Assembly: GCA_965206645.1 (NCBI GenBank)
Contig: CBDBKE010000004.1
Coordinates: forward strand, 288,001-352,000
Origin: Terriglobia bacterium
GTDB taxonomy: Bacteria; Acidobacteriota; Terriglobia; JAJPHL01; JAPKYU01
Direction of reading: 5' to 3'
DNA length: 64,000 nucleotides
Shown here: positions 9,787 to 19,430 of the stretch, piece by piece
Layout: each line of letters opens with the position of its first letter
Numbering within the stretch: the stretch's first letter is position 1
Translations under genes and position numbers: made by a program
Notes under the pieces: model-generated
Database searches by the model: none
The model's input: only the letters and a program-made list of their open reading frames with translations
Told to the model about the DNA's origin: nothing

Positions 9787-10458
9787 CTAGCCCAGGTAGA
9801 CGATCGGCCAGCCGCTTCCCTGTGCCACCTTCTTCAAGCGCCGATCGGGATTGGTGGCAATTGGCTCCCCCACAGCTTTCAGCATGGGCAGGTCGGAATA
9901 GCTGTCCGAATAGGCCCGCGATTGGCTCAGGTCAATCTCTTGTTTCTGGCAGTAGTCCTCGATGGCGGCAACCTTCGCTTCCTCGGCAATCAGTGGCGGT
10001 ATCACGCGGCCAGTGGCGACCTGGTCTGCGTATTCCAGCCGGTTGCAGATCAAATCGTCAAAGCCCAGTTCCGCAGCCACTGGCTGGGCGGTAAAATCCA
10101 GCGTGCCCGTCACCAAGACGTTGCGGTAGCCGGACGCTCGATTCCCGCTCACCAGGTCGTAGGCGCGGGGATAGATGGACGGCTTGGTCACGGTTTCAAA
10201 AAGATCGTCCGACAGCCCGATCAGCCGGTCGCGCTCGATGCCCTTGTAGCGTCTGAAATGGTAAACGTTAAACGCCCGCCGGGAGTAGAGGTCAATCAGC
10301 AGCAGCAGGGGCACGCTCGCCAGTACCTTGGTAAACTTGTAGAGCGACTTGAAGATCGATCGGTGGTTGCGCGCATAGTAGGCGTAGGCGTGCACGAGGG
10401 TGGAATGGACCAGCGTTCCGTCCAGGTCAATGAAAGCTGCTTTTCGGGTTCCGTCCAT
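9787..10458 (-). CDS. HAD-superfamily subfamily IB hydrolase (phosphatase)
   Basis: DLDGTL motif I, VTGT motif II, AYSDSYSDLPML and NPD motifs. Confidence 0.9.
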   Translation of the reverse strand: MDGTRKAAFIDLDGTLVHSTLVHAYAYYARNHRSIFKSLYKFTKVLASVPLLLLIDLYSRRAFNVYHFRRYKGIERDRLIGLSDDLFETVTKPSIYPRAYDLVSGNRASGYRNVLVTGTLDFTAQPVAAELGFDDLICNRLEYADQVATGRVIPPLIAEEAKVAAIEDYCQKQEIDLSQSRAYSDSYSDLPMLKAVGEPIATNPDRRLKKVAQGSGWPIVYLG

Positions 10459-10815
10459 TGCTACCTACCATTGCTACCTGGACGACGAGCACCGACCCTG
10501 ACAGGTAGGGGCGACAAACTTCCCCCGCAGAGCAGCAGAAGTCGGGATACGGCTCATCCTGTCTTGGATTGAGCCACTTAGGAGCTTGCTTCGCCCGCTG
10601 GCCTCCTCCTAGGCCATGCAGCCCCAACTGCAAAAAACTCGTCGCGGGGCGTTTTCGTACTGCAACTCTTCGTTTGCAATCTGGCCCGCGACAGGAGTTT
10701 AGCAACTCTACAAAGCTCTACTTCACAAGTCAAGGATTCCGAACGCGCAGTGGCAGGCTTGGTACCTGCTGCACGGCGAACACGTAACCTGGTGCTGGCG
10801 GACTGAATCCGCGCG

Positions 10816-11214
10816 CTAACTCATCGAGGTGAAGTACTGAGGTTCAATCTTGTAGAGTACGCGCACCTCGCCCGGCTGCCTGAAGGGGTACTTGTCTTTG
10901 TCCAGATACTTCTTGGCCATGCGGTCAATGTGCGCGTCCGCCCCTTCCTCGGTGACTTCCGCCACGCGCCCACGAATTTCCAGGTAGCGGTAGGGGTTGT
11001 CCAAGTCCACCAGGGCCAGCGAGACGCGCGGGTCGCGTCTCATGTTGCGGTCCTTTTGGCGCCCCTTGGCGGAGTTGACGAGGACGTGCTGGCCGTCGAA
11101 ATCGCACCAGACCGGCGTTACCTGCGGCCGGCCGTCCGGCATCAAAGTCGCCAGACTGGCGAAGATCCGTTTGCTGAACAGGTCCTTGTAGCTTTCGGGA
11201 ATGGCTGCGGGCAT
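10816..11214 (-). CDS. PPOX-class F420-dependent oxidoreductase (pyridoxamine 5'-phosphate oxidase-like)
   Basis: LATLMPDGRPQVTPVW, KDRNMRRDPRVSL, PYRYLEIRG; AAAGGAGG RBS before ATG 11214. Confidence 0.85.
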   Translation of the reverse strand: MPAAIPESYKDLFSKRIFASLATLMPDGRPQVTPVWCDFDGQHVLVNSAKGRQKDRNMRRDPRVSLALVDLDNPYRYLEIRGRVAEVTEEGADAHIDRMAKKYLDKDKYPFRQPGEVRVLYKIEPQYFTSMS

Positions 11215-11339
11215 CGAAAACACCTCCTTTGCAGGCACGCATTCTAGCACCGGTCAGGGCTCCATCCCGTCGCGCAGGTACATGGGCGTGGAGCGACCAT
11301 CAGGTTCAAGTGCCCGGGTTCGAGTACCTATGCCGCCGC

Positions 11340-12884
11340 CTACCGGGGGCGATGCCCCAGCGCTACCAGAAAGATCGCGCTCTTGCCCCGCGCGTGCAGC
11401 GAGAAAAACGCGGTTACGTCGTCGTCGAAGAAGGTCAGGCCGGTGGCGCCCAGCCGCTGAGCGTAGGTCGCCAGATACAGCTTGCCGCCGATGATGCCCG
11501 CCTCCAGTTGCACGGCGCGATAGCCGCGGTTGCCGTAGCGCTCCAGAATCGGCTCCAGATCGGCCAGGAAGAATACCGCTGCGCTGCAATCGGCCGGCAA
11601 CTCCTGCTCCAGGCCCAGGTATCCGGCAACGTCGCGGAAGTCTCCCTCTTTCAGGCATTCGAGGGCGCGCTCAGTTCGGCGGAAAAAATACGCTCCGGGT
11701 TCCAGCCCCTCGACCGCGTGCGCGATCACGTAGAGGTCATTCCACTGAGTGCTCGGGGGTTGAAGAAAATCGGCCGGGACCCCGCGCGTGGCGCGGTCCA
11801 GGATCGTCGAGAGCTGGGCAAAGGTGATGGGCTCGCGCGCGAACATACGGCTGGAGCCACGGCGCAGGATCACCTCCTCGACGGTGTCGGGCGGCATTTC
11901 CTCATCCGATAACGGACGTAATGGAACCAGTCTGTCAATGGGAGCAGGCTTCCCGGCCTGTCCACTTCCAGCGGCGGACGACCCGTTGCGCCAGGCACTT
12001 ACTTCCTCAGCGGAAACAAGCGACGAAGCCTCATTCATTTCCCGCACGGCCGGGTAATCCACCTCATGGTGCGACAGGGGGGCGGTTTCGAGCTCCAGCG
12101 GCGGTATCTCTGTGGGCGCCGGCGGCGCGGGCGTCGCCGTGCGCCCCAGCGTCACCATGGAAAAAGCCACCTCGCGGTGTGTCTCCAGCCCCAGCAGGTG
12201 GTTCACTTCCGAGTCCACGAAGCCCATCACCACCGTTGCCGGCAGCCCCAGCGCCGCCGCTTCGGCCAGCAGGTTAGCCAACATGGTGCCGTTGTCCCAG
12301 CCGAAGTGGCGGTAAGTCCGCGCCTGGTACTTCCAGGCGTTGCGCCAGTAGGTGCCTGCCGAAACCACAACCGCCGGCGCTTGCGCCAACGCCGGCTCGC
12401 CAGCGGTGGCCTGCACTAGCACGTTGCGCCAGTCGCCCGTCCGCAGCCGCCGCAGGGCCATGTCTGCCGGGCTGAAGTGGTAGAGCCCGGCGTCGAGGCC
12501 CGGCAGGTCGCCGCAAGCCACGTACAGCTCGAATTCGTAGAGCGCGCCGGTGCAAGCCGCTGCGCGGAACAGAATTTCGCCGCCCGTATAGCGGCGGCGT
12601 TTCGTGATCCCGGCAGCGAAGTAGAGCACCTGCGTCAGTGCGGCTAAATCCGGAATGGCCTCGTCAGTTGCTTTGCCTTCGCGGCTAGCCATTGCCGCCA
12701 GTGCCGGCACACCAGACTGGCGCATCTCGTGCGGCAGCTTGATCGGCTCTAGCGTGCGATAAATCTTGAAGGGCAGGGGTTGATTCCGCCAGTCCAGAAA
12801 GTGCGCACTCCTCCGCACGCTCTCAAGGGAATGCTTGGTGCCGTTGTGATACGCCCAGGCTTGTTCGGTGTCGCGATTTGCCAC
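11340..12884 (-). CDS. SagB/ThcOx-family dehydrogenase (tandem nitroreductase-like domains)
   Basis: YHNGTKHS...LDWRNQPLPFKIY, RAAACTGALY, WKYQARTYRH, RRGSSR, RGYRAVQLEAG; GTG start with GAGGAG RBS. Confidence 0.85.
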   Translation of the reverse strand: MANRDTEQAWAYHNGTKHSLESVRRSAHFLDWRNQPLPFKIYRTLEPIKLPHEMRQSGVPALAAMASREGKATDEAIPDLAALTQVLYFAAGITKRRRYTGGEILFRAAACTGALYEFELYVACGDLPGLDAGLYHFSPADMALRRLRTGDWRNVLVQATAGEPALAQAPAVVVSAGTYWRNAWKYQARTYRHFGWDNGTMLANLLAEAAALGLPATVVMGFVDSEVNHLLGLETHREVAFSMVTLGRTATPAPPAPTEIPPLELETAPLSHHEVDYPAVREMNEASSLVSAEEVSAWRNGSSAAGSGQAGKPAPIDRLVPLRPLSDEEMPPDTVEEVILRRGSSRMFAREPITFAQLSTILDRATRGVPADFLQPPSTQWNDLYVIAHAVEGLEPGAYFFRRTERALECLKEGDFRDVAGYLGLEQELPADCSAAVFFLADLEPILERYGNRGYRAVQLEAGIIGGKLYLATYAQRLGATGLTFFDDDVTAFFSLHARGKSAIFLVALGHRPR

Positions 12885-13087
12885 GCTCTCCTCGACCGGG
12901 AGCATATCAAAAGCCAAGCCACCCAGCACAAAACCACAAAGCCGCAAAAACAATGCTGCAAAGGAACACTAAGGACAAGCCGCCCCGTCTCCATGACCTT
13001 TGTGTGTTCTTTCCCTGCAAGCGGAGTATCATTCTGGCAAGAGCTGAATCGTTTAGCATGCGTCTTGCGGGCAGAGGGTTCAGCAAG

Positions 13088-14308
13088 ATGAGAGCAAGAA
13101 CTGCATCGCTGCTGCTGGGAATACTCTTACACGCCTCATACGGTGTGACCTCACACAGTGAGACTGGAGACGCGCCCTGGGAGAAGTACATGAAAGCCGG
13201 CGCGGAAGCCTACCAGAACGGAAAGTACGCCGAGGCTGAGAAACAGTTTGTGTCAGCTCTGAAGGAAGCCGAAGAGTTCGAAGAGCAGGACCCTCGGTTG
13301 GCGACCAACCTCAACAACCTGGCGGCGCTCTACGCTGCCCAGAGCAGGTATGTGGAGGCCGAGCCGCTTTACCGCCGCGCGTTGGCTATCCGGGAGGAGA
13401 CACTGGGACCGGAGCATTCCGAGGTAGCGGCTACCCTCAGCAACCTGGCGGTGCTTTACAGTGCCCGTGGCCAGTACACCGAAGCCGAGCCGCTCTACCG
13501 GAGGGCTCTGGCGATCTGGGAGAAAGCCCTGGGTCCGGAGAACCCCAAGGTGGCCCAAACCCTCGACAAGCTGGCAGGGCTCTTCGACGTTCAGGGTAAG
13601 TACGCCGTGGCTGAGCCCTTCCACCGGCGCGCGGTGGCGATCCGGAAAAAGGCGCTGGGGCCGGAGCATCCCGATCTGGCCGCCAGCCTCAGCAACCTGG
13701 CGTCGCTCTACCACGAGCGGGGCAAGTACGCAGAGGCCGAGCCGCTCTTCCGACGGGCGCGAGCGATTGCGGAGAAGGCCCCTGGGTCTGAGCACCTCGT
13801 GGGTGCCAGCCTCCACGGTTTGGCAGATTTCTACCGCGCGCAGGGCAACTACACGAAGGCCGTGCTGTTCTACCGGCGCGCGTTGACAATGCGGGAGAAG
13901 GCCCTGGGGCCGGACCACCCCGACCTGGCTGCCAGCCTCAACAACCTGGCGGGGATTTACCGTGTCCAGGCCAAGTACGCTGAGGCCGAGGCGCTGTACC
14001 GGCGTGCGCTGGCGATTGCCGAGAAAGCCGCGGGACCGGACCATCCCGCTGTGGCCGCCAGTCTCAACAACCTGGCGTTGCTCTACGACGACCGAGCGAA
14101 ATACGCAGAAGCGGACCCGCTCTATCAGCGAGCGCTGGCCATCCGGGAGAAGGCTCTGGGACCAGAGCATCCCGACGTGGCCCAGACCCTGGAGAATTAC
14201 GCCGTGCTGCTGCGGAAAATAGATCGCGGCGCCGAAGCGGCCAAACTGGAGGCTCGCGCCCAGGCCATCCGCACCAAACATGGCCAAAGCGATAGGAGTC
14301 GAAGATGA
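13088..14308 (+). CDS. Tetratricopeptide repeat protein (kinesin-light-chain-type TPR), probable signal peptide
   Basis: Tandem 42-aa repeats of the SLNNLAxLY..QGKYAEAEPLYRRALAI.EKALGPEHP type. Confidence 0.9.
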   Translation: MRARTASLLLGILLHASYGVTSHSETGDAPWEKYMKAGAEAYQNGKYAEAEKQFVSALKEAEEFEEQDPRLATNLNNLAALYAAQSRYVEAEPLYRRALAIREETLGPEHSEVAATLSNLAVLYSARGQYTEAEPLYRRALAIWEKALGPENPKVAQTLDKLAGLFDVQGKYAVAEPFHRRAVAIRKKALGPEHPDLAASLSNLASLYHERGKYAEAEPLFRRARAIAEKAPGSEHLVGASLHGLADFYRAQGNYTKAVLFYRRALTMREKALGPDHPDLAASLNNLAGIYRVQAKYAEAEALYRRALAIAEKAAGPDHPAVAASLNNLALLYDDRAKYAEADPLYQRALAIREKALGPEHPDVAQTLENYAVLLRKIDRGAEAAKLEARAQAIRTKHGQSDRSRR

Positions 14309-15864
14309 TTAAGAGAAGCGCGGGTCTTGCTTTTATCCTTTCGCTCCTCCTGCCCGGTCTTGGTCACTTCTATTGCCGCAAAGTTAGACGAGGGCTGTGG
14401 CTTCTGCTGCTGTGTGCCCTGCCGCTTTTATTTGTCCTCTTACTGCTGGCGTCGGGTGGTGGCTCGTTGCAAGTGACCACTAACTTCATATTCTTTCCGG
14501 CCTTGTACGTGTTCGCTTTCCTCGACGCTTATTTCACCGTGCGGGAGAACAACGCCGGATTCGACTGGCCTTCCTACGGCAACCCGCGCGTTGCTGCTGT
14601 ACTGAATCTAGTAACCCGAGGTTTCGGCTACTTCTACGTCGGGCAGACGAAAAAGGGGTTGATGATCTTCGTAGGCTTAGGGGCACTAAGCGCCTGGCTG
14701 CTGATCATGGGACCGAGCCAGTCGATTCATTTGTGGCTGGCAGTCGCAATCGAGGCCCTAGGTGCTGGAATGGCAGTTGATGCGTATCGGATCGCAAAGA
14801 GGGGGCTTCAGGAAGAGCCGTTTGAGCAACTTGGGCTGGCGAGCCGTCCGCCAATACGAGCGGCCGCTATCGCGCCCTCGCGTCTCACTGCGGCTATTCC
14901 GGTTGGCTTCGCTTGCCTGTTTGGGGCTGTGTACGTTGGCGTCGCAGCAGGGCTTCTAACGGTTGGCGAGCGAGGTTCCACGTCGTGGGAGAGGCTGAAC
15001 CAGTTATGTGAGAGTGAGCTTGAAGCAGGGCGGTACACCGAGGCTGAAAAGCACTGCTCCACCGCACTCACCGAAGCCGAAGATTTTGGCCCGGCTGACC
15101 CGCGCCTGGCCACGAGCCTCAACTACCTGGCGGAGCTATACCGCGCCCAGGGCAAGTATGCCGAGGCCGAGCCGCTCTACCAGCGGGCGCTGGCGATTTG
15201 GGAGAAGGCGCTGGGGCCGGAGCATCCGATCGTAGCAACGAGCCTCAACAACCTGGCGTTGCTGTACCGCGACCAGGGCAAGTATGCGGAGGCTGAACCG
15301 CTTTTGCAGCGGGCACTGGCGATTTACGAGGAGGTGTTGGGGCCTGAGCACCCCAACGTGGCCGCGGGCCTCAACAACCTGGCGCAGTTATACGACGCCC
15401 AGGGCAAGTACGCCGAGGCCGAGCCACGCTACAAACGGGCGCTGAAGATTGTGGGGAATGTCCTGGGTCCGGAGCACCCCAATGTGGCCGCCACCCTCGA
15501 CAACTTGGCGGAGCTATACCGTGCCCAGGGCAAGTATGCGGAGGCCGAGGCACTCTACCAGCGGGCGCTGGCAATCTTGGAGAAGTCCCTGGGGGCTGAA
15601 AATCCGCAGGTGGCTACCGGCCTGAACAACCTGGCCTTGCTCTATGACACCCAGGGGAAGTACGCGGAAGCCGAGGCGCTCCACCGGCGGGCGCGGGCGA
15701 TTGACGAAAAGGTGCTCGGGCCAGAGCACCCTGGCGTCGCCACGGACCTGGAGAATTATGCCGCGCTGCTACGGAAGACGAATCGGGATGCCGGGGCGGC
15801 AAAAATGGAAGCCCGCGCTCAGGCCATCCGCGCCCAGCACGCCCGTAAGAACCCCGCGAAGTGA
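14305..15864 (+). CDS. Multi-TM N-terminal domain fused to TPR repeats
   Basis: Two SLLLPGLGHFY / NLVTRGFGYFY membrane units followed by 42-aa TPR repeats; ATGA overlap with upstream gene. Confidence 0.85.
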   Translation: MIKRSAGLAFILSLLLPGLGHFYCRKVRRGLWLLLLCALPLLFVLLLLASGGGSLQVTTNFIFFPALYVFAFLDAYFTVRENNAGFDWPSYGNPRVAAVLNLVTRGFGYFYVGQTKKGLMIFVGLGALSAWLLIMGPSQSIHLWLAVAIEALGAGMAVDAYRIAKRGLQEEPFEQLGLASRPPIRAAAIAPSRLTAAIPVGFACLFGAVYVGVAAGLLTVGERGSTSWERLNQLCESELEAGRYTEAEKHCSTALTEAEDFGPADPRLATSLNYLAELYRAQGKYAEAEPLYQRALAIWEKALGPEHPIVATSLNNLALLYRDQGKYAEAEPLLQRALAIYEEVLGPEHPNVAAGLNNLAQLYDAQGKYAEAEPRYKRALKIVGNVLGPEHPNVAATLDNLAELYRAQGKYAEAEALYQRALAILEKSLGAENPQVATGLNNLALLYDTQGKYAEAEALHRRARAIDEKVLGPEHPGVATDLENYAALLRKTNRDAGAAKMEARAQAIRAQHARKNPAK

Positions 15865-15922
15865 ACCCGAAATCCGCGCTCCGAAATTTCCCGCGGTGGC
15901 ATAGAATTGGCTTTCTGTTGCC

Positions 15923-16615
15923 ATGTCACACAGCGTTGCCATTTTGGGTGGAACCGGGGCAGAGGGGTTCGGTCTGGCCTTGCGTTGGGCGCAGGCCGGC
16001 GTGCCGGTGCGGATCGGCTCGCGAGATGCGGAGAAGGCGAATGCAGCTGCCGCCCGGGTGCGACAGGCAGTGCCGGAAGCGCAGGCGCAGGGTCAGGTAG
16101 AGGGCTTGCTGAACCCGGAGGCGGCCGCACAGGCCAATGTGGTGGTGCTGACGGTTCCCCTGGCAGCCCAAATTCCCATTGTGAAATCGGTCCGCGAGCA
16201 CCTGCGTCCCGGGACGATTTTCGTGGACGCCACGGTGCTGTCGGGCGCGGCCTTGGGCGACCGCATCGCGCACGTGGTCACACCGTGGGCCGGATCGGCC
16301 GCCCAGCAAGCAGCCGCCTATCTGCCCGCGCAGGTGCTCGTCGTCTCGGCGTTCCACTGCTTGAGCGCAGTGGCGCTGGCCGACCTTTCGCACCTGGTGG
16401 ATTCGGACGTGCTGGTCTGCGGCGACAGCGTGGAGGCGAAGGCGGTGGTAAAAGAGCTTGTGGAGAAAATCGCGGGAGCGCGTGCCATTGATGCCGGGCC
16501 CCTGGAAAACTCGCGCTTTGCCGAGAACGTGGCTGCGCTGCTGATCTCTCTGAACCTGCGCCATAAGGTGAAACATTCCGGGGTGCGCATCACTGGCATT
16601 CAGCCAGGGAAGTGA
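15923..16615 (+). CDS. npdG: NADPH-dependent F420 reductase (F420H2:NADP+ oxidoreductase)
   Basis: ILGGTGAEGFGLALRWA, IGSR, GSAA, VSAFH, DVLVCGD, IDAGPLENS; first gene of the cof operon. Confidence 0.9.
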   Translation: MSHSVAILGGTGAEGFGLALRWAQAGVPVRIGSRDAEKANAAAARVRQAVPEAQAQGQVEGLLNPEAAAQANVVVLTVPLAAQIPIVKSVREHLRPGTIFVDATVLSGAALGDRIAHVVTPWAGSAAQQAAAYLPAQVLVVSAFHCLSAVALADLSHLVDSDVLVCGDSVEAKAVVKELVEKIAGARAIDAGPLENSRFAENVAALLISLNLRHKVKHSGVRITGIQPGK

Positions 16616-16622
16616 GGGCGAG

Positions 16623-17645
16623 ATGGCCGGTGAGATCGTAGCGCTGGCCGGGGGCGTGGGGGCTGCACGCTTCCTGCAAGGGCTGGCGGCTGTTGTACCA
16701 CCCGAGCGGTTGGTCATAATCGGGAACACGGGCGACGACCTGGAACTCCATGGGCTGCAGGTTTCGCCTGACCTCGATACGGTCGCCTACACGCTGGCCG
16801 GCATGGCCGACGAAACGCGCGGCTGGGGAGTAGCCGGCGACACCTTCGTCTGCCTCAACGCGCTGGAACGCTACACGCAGGATACCTGGTTCCACTTGGG
16901 TGACCGCGACCTGGCGACGCACCTGTTCCGCACCAGCCTGCTGCGTCGCGGCCTGCCGTTGTCGGAAGTGACGCACCAAATCTGCCGGGCGCTGGGCGTC
17001 AGCGCGCGTAGGCTGCTGCCGATGACCGACGACTGCCTGCGGACCCGGGTCCAGACCGACGCGGGTTTGCTCGATTTCCAGGTGTATTTTGTCGAGCGCC
17101 AGGCACGGGATAATGTGCACGGCATCGTGTTTGAGGGCGCCGAGCGTGCTCGGCCAGCGCCTGGCGTGCTCGAGTCCATCCGCGCCGCGGCGGCGGTGAT
17201 TGTGTGCCCCAGCAATCCGCTAATCAGCATTGGCCCCATCCTGGCCGTGCCGGGAATCCGTCAGGCGCTTCGCCAAACCAAAGCCTGCGTAGCAGCCATC
17301 TCGCCCATCGTGGGCGGTCGGGCCGTAAAGGGACCGGCCGCCCGCATGATGAGTGGCCTGGGCCTTACAGCCTCGGCTCGCCAGGTCGCCGAGCTTTACC
17401 GCGACTTTACGGGCGTGTTTATTCTGGACCGCGCTGACGAGGAGCAGTCGGCCGACATCGAAACGCTGGGAATGAAGGCTGTGGTGACCGACACCATCAT
17501 GAAAGGATTGCAGGAGCGGGTAGCGCTGGCGAAAGTGACGCTGGAGGCGCTGAGCCTTGCAGATTTCGGATTTGAGGTCTCGGAGGGACGCAAGGAAGTA
17601 GCCCCAGCCCTTCGAACCTTCGGCGCACCGGGAGAAAGGACATGA
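16623..17645 (+). CDS. cofD: 2-phospho-L-lactate (phosphoenolpyruvate) transferase
   Basis: LAGGVGAARF, NTGDD, SPDLDT, WFHLGDRDLATH, PSNPLISIGPIL, SPIVGG..VKGPA. Confidence 0.95.
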   Translation: MAGEIVALAGGVGAARFLQGLAAVVPPERLVIIGNTGDDLELHGLQVSPDLDTVAYTLAGMADETRGWGVAGDTFVCLNALERYTQDTWFHLGDRDLATHLFRTSLLRRGLPLSEVTHQICRALGVSARRLLPMTDDCLRTRVQTDAGLLDFQVYFVERQARDNVHGIVFEGAERARPAPGVLESIRAAAAVIVCPSNPLISIGPILAVPGIRQALRQTKACVAAISPIVGGRAVKGPAARMMSGLGLTASARQVAELYRDFTGVFILDRADEEQSADIETLGMKAVVTDTIMKGLQERVALAKVTLEALSLADFGFEVSEGRKEVAPALRTFGAPGERT

Positions 17646-18316
17646 CCTTTGCGCTGCTTCCGGTCAAGTCCCCAGCGCAGGCCAAGCAGCGCCTTGCCAC
17701 GGTTTTCTCCCCGGAGGAGCGCGAGCAACTGGCCCGCGTCATGTTCGACGAGGTGCTCCCGGTGCTGCTGGCTGCCCGTGGTCTGGACCGGATCGTTGTG
17801 GCGTCCAGTGACGCTGAAATCCTGCGACGCGCCGCTGCTGCCGGTGCCTCGACCCTGGCCGAGACGCGCCAAAACGGCCATAGCAGTTCAGCCGATTGGG
17901 CTGCGCGGAAGTGCATCGAGTGGGGCGCCACCACCCTGCTGCTGGTTCCTGCTGATGTGCCGCTGTTGAGGTCAGCAGAGATGGAATCGCTGCTAGAAGT
18001 AGCGCTGGCGATGCCCGTCCCGCGCGTGGTGATTGTTCCCTCAGCCGATGGCACGGGCACCAACGCCATGGTTCGCACGCCGCCGGACATCATTGAAAGC
18101 CGCTTCGGTCCCGACAGCTTTGACGCTCACATGGTACAGGCGCGCGCACGCCAGGCAGCGGTTGCTGTGGTGCGGCCCGAAGGCTTGGTCTTTGACCTGG
18201 ACACTCCGGAGGATGTGGCGCGCTTTCTGGGGCGCACACCTTCGGGCGCCACCGCGGAGCTGTTGCGGCGCATGAGTGTGCGGGACCGGCTCCGGGCAGT
18301 AGATAGCATGCGGTAA
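17642..18316 (+). CDS. cofC: 2-phospho-L-lactate/PEP guanylyltransferase
   Basis: PVK..AKQRL, PADVP, GTGTNA, RFGPDSF..H, DLDTPED. Confidence 0.93.
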   Translation: MTFALLPVKSPAQAKQRLATVFSPEEREQLARVMFDEVLPVLLAARGLDRIVVASSDAEILRRAAAAGASTLAETRQNGHSSSADWAARKCIEWGATTLLLVPADVPLLRSAEMESLLEVALAMPVPRVVIVPSADGTGTNAMVRTPPDIIESRFGPDSFDAHMVQARARQAAVAVVRPEGLVFDLDTPEDVARFLGRTPSGATAELLRRMSVRDRLRAVDSMR

Positions 18317-18352
18317 CCAGCAGGCAGCGCTACAAGCTACAGGCCACAAGCC

Positions 18353-19138
18353 GTGAAAGCCAATGAACAAATCCGCATCGTCGCGTTGGAGAGCCTGCCC
18401 GAGATCTCGCCAGGTGACGACCTGGCTCGCCTGATCGCCGAAGCCGTCGAGCGGGAAGGGCAGTCGCTGGCCGAGGGCTGCGCGGTGGTAGTAGCGCAAA
18501 AGGTCGTCTCCAAGGCCGAGGGCCGACTGGCGAACTTGCGGGGAATCCAGCCGTCACCGGTGGCCGAGGTCTACGCTCGAGAACATGGGCGAGAACATGA
18601 GAAGGATCCCCGCTTCATTGAAGTGATTCTTCAGCAGGCGCGGCGTGTGGTGAAGATGGACCGGGGCGTGTTGATAGTGGAAACGCACCAGGGGCTGGTC
18701 TGCGCCAACGGTGGCGTGGATGTATCGAATGTGGCGCCGGATTCGGGCGGTGGCGAATGGGTGACGTTGCTGCCCTGTGACCCGGATGCTTCAGCTGAGC
18801 GGCTCAGGCAACGGCTGCGGGAGCTGGCCGGGTACGATTGCGCTGTGGTGATCAGCGACACCTTTGGGCGCCCGTGGCGCGAGGGGTTGGTGAACGTGGC
18901 CATCGGCGCCGCCGGCTTCCGGCCGCTGGCCGATTGTCGCGGGCAACCCGACCGGCACGCGCGCGCTCTGCACAGTACCGTCGTTGCCGTAGCTGACGAG
19001 TTGGCCGCCGCCGCCGGGTTGGTAATGGGCAAAGCTGCTGGAACCCCAGTCGTGCTGGTCTATGGTGCGGCGCTGGAGCGCGGCCAGGGCTCGGCGCGCG
19101 AGCTCATTCGGCCGCCCGAGCGCGACCTGTTCCGCTAG
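18353..19138 (+). CDS. cofE: Coenzyme F420-0:L-glutamate ligase
   Basis: PEISPGDDL, QKVVSKAEG, CANGGVDVSN, LLP.DPDASA, ISDTFGRPWREG, DELAAAA.LVMGK. Confidence 0.95.
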   Translation: MKANEQIRIVALESLPEISPGDDLARLIAEAVEREGQSLAEGCAVVVAQKVVSKAEGRLANLRGIQPSPVAEVYAREHGREHEKDPRFIEVILQQARRVVKMDRGVLIVETHQGLVCANGGVDVSNVAPDSGGGEWVTLLPCDPDASAERLRQRLRELAGYDCAVVISDTFGRPWREGLVNVAIGAAGFRPLADCRGQPDRHARALHSTVVAVADELAAAAGLVMGKAAGTPVVLVYGAALERGQGSARELIRPPERDLFR

Positions 19139-19430
19139 AAAGCCAAGCTCGCGCGAGAACTCGCTTCCATGGCACTTCGTCTGATTGAGGTCGTCCTTCC
19201 GAAAAGGCACGAACAGGGAAGTGCTCATCCGTTGGTCCCGATAAGATGGCGGGGTGAAGAGAGCTGCGGGTTGACTAACCTTCATTTAGACGTATTTAAA
19301 CGCTGATGTCGGCGAAGTGTTGACAGCCCCTTTTGACCCGTCCTGACCCCCAGTGGCGTATAGTGGAGGCCGCTGGGGGCGGACAGAGGGAAGCGACTTC
19401 TCCCACTGCCTCGGCGCGAGTGGCCAGCCA

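Noticed and set aside
13253-15800. 126-bp periodic repeats as a CRISPR or non-coding array; antisense ORF 13253-14287
   Set aside because: The periodicity is the 42-aa TPR coding repeat; the antisense ORF is a GC-rich shadow; no cas genes or unique spacers
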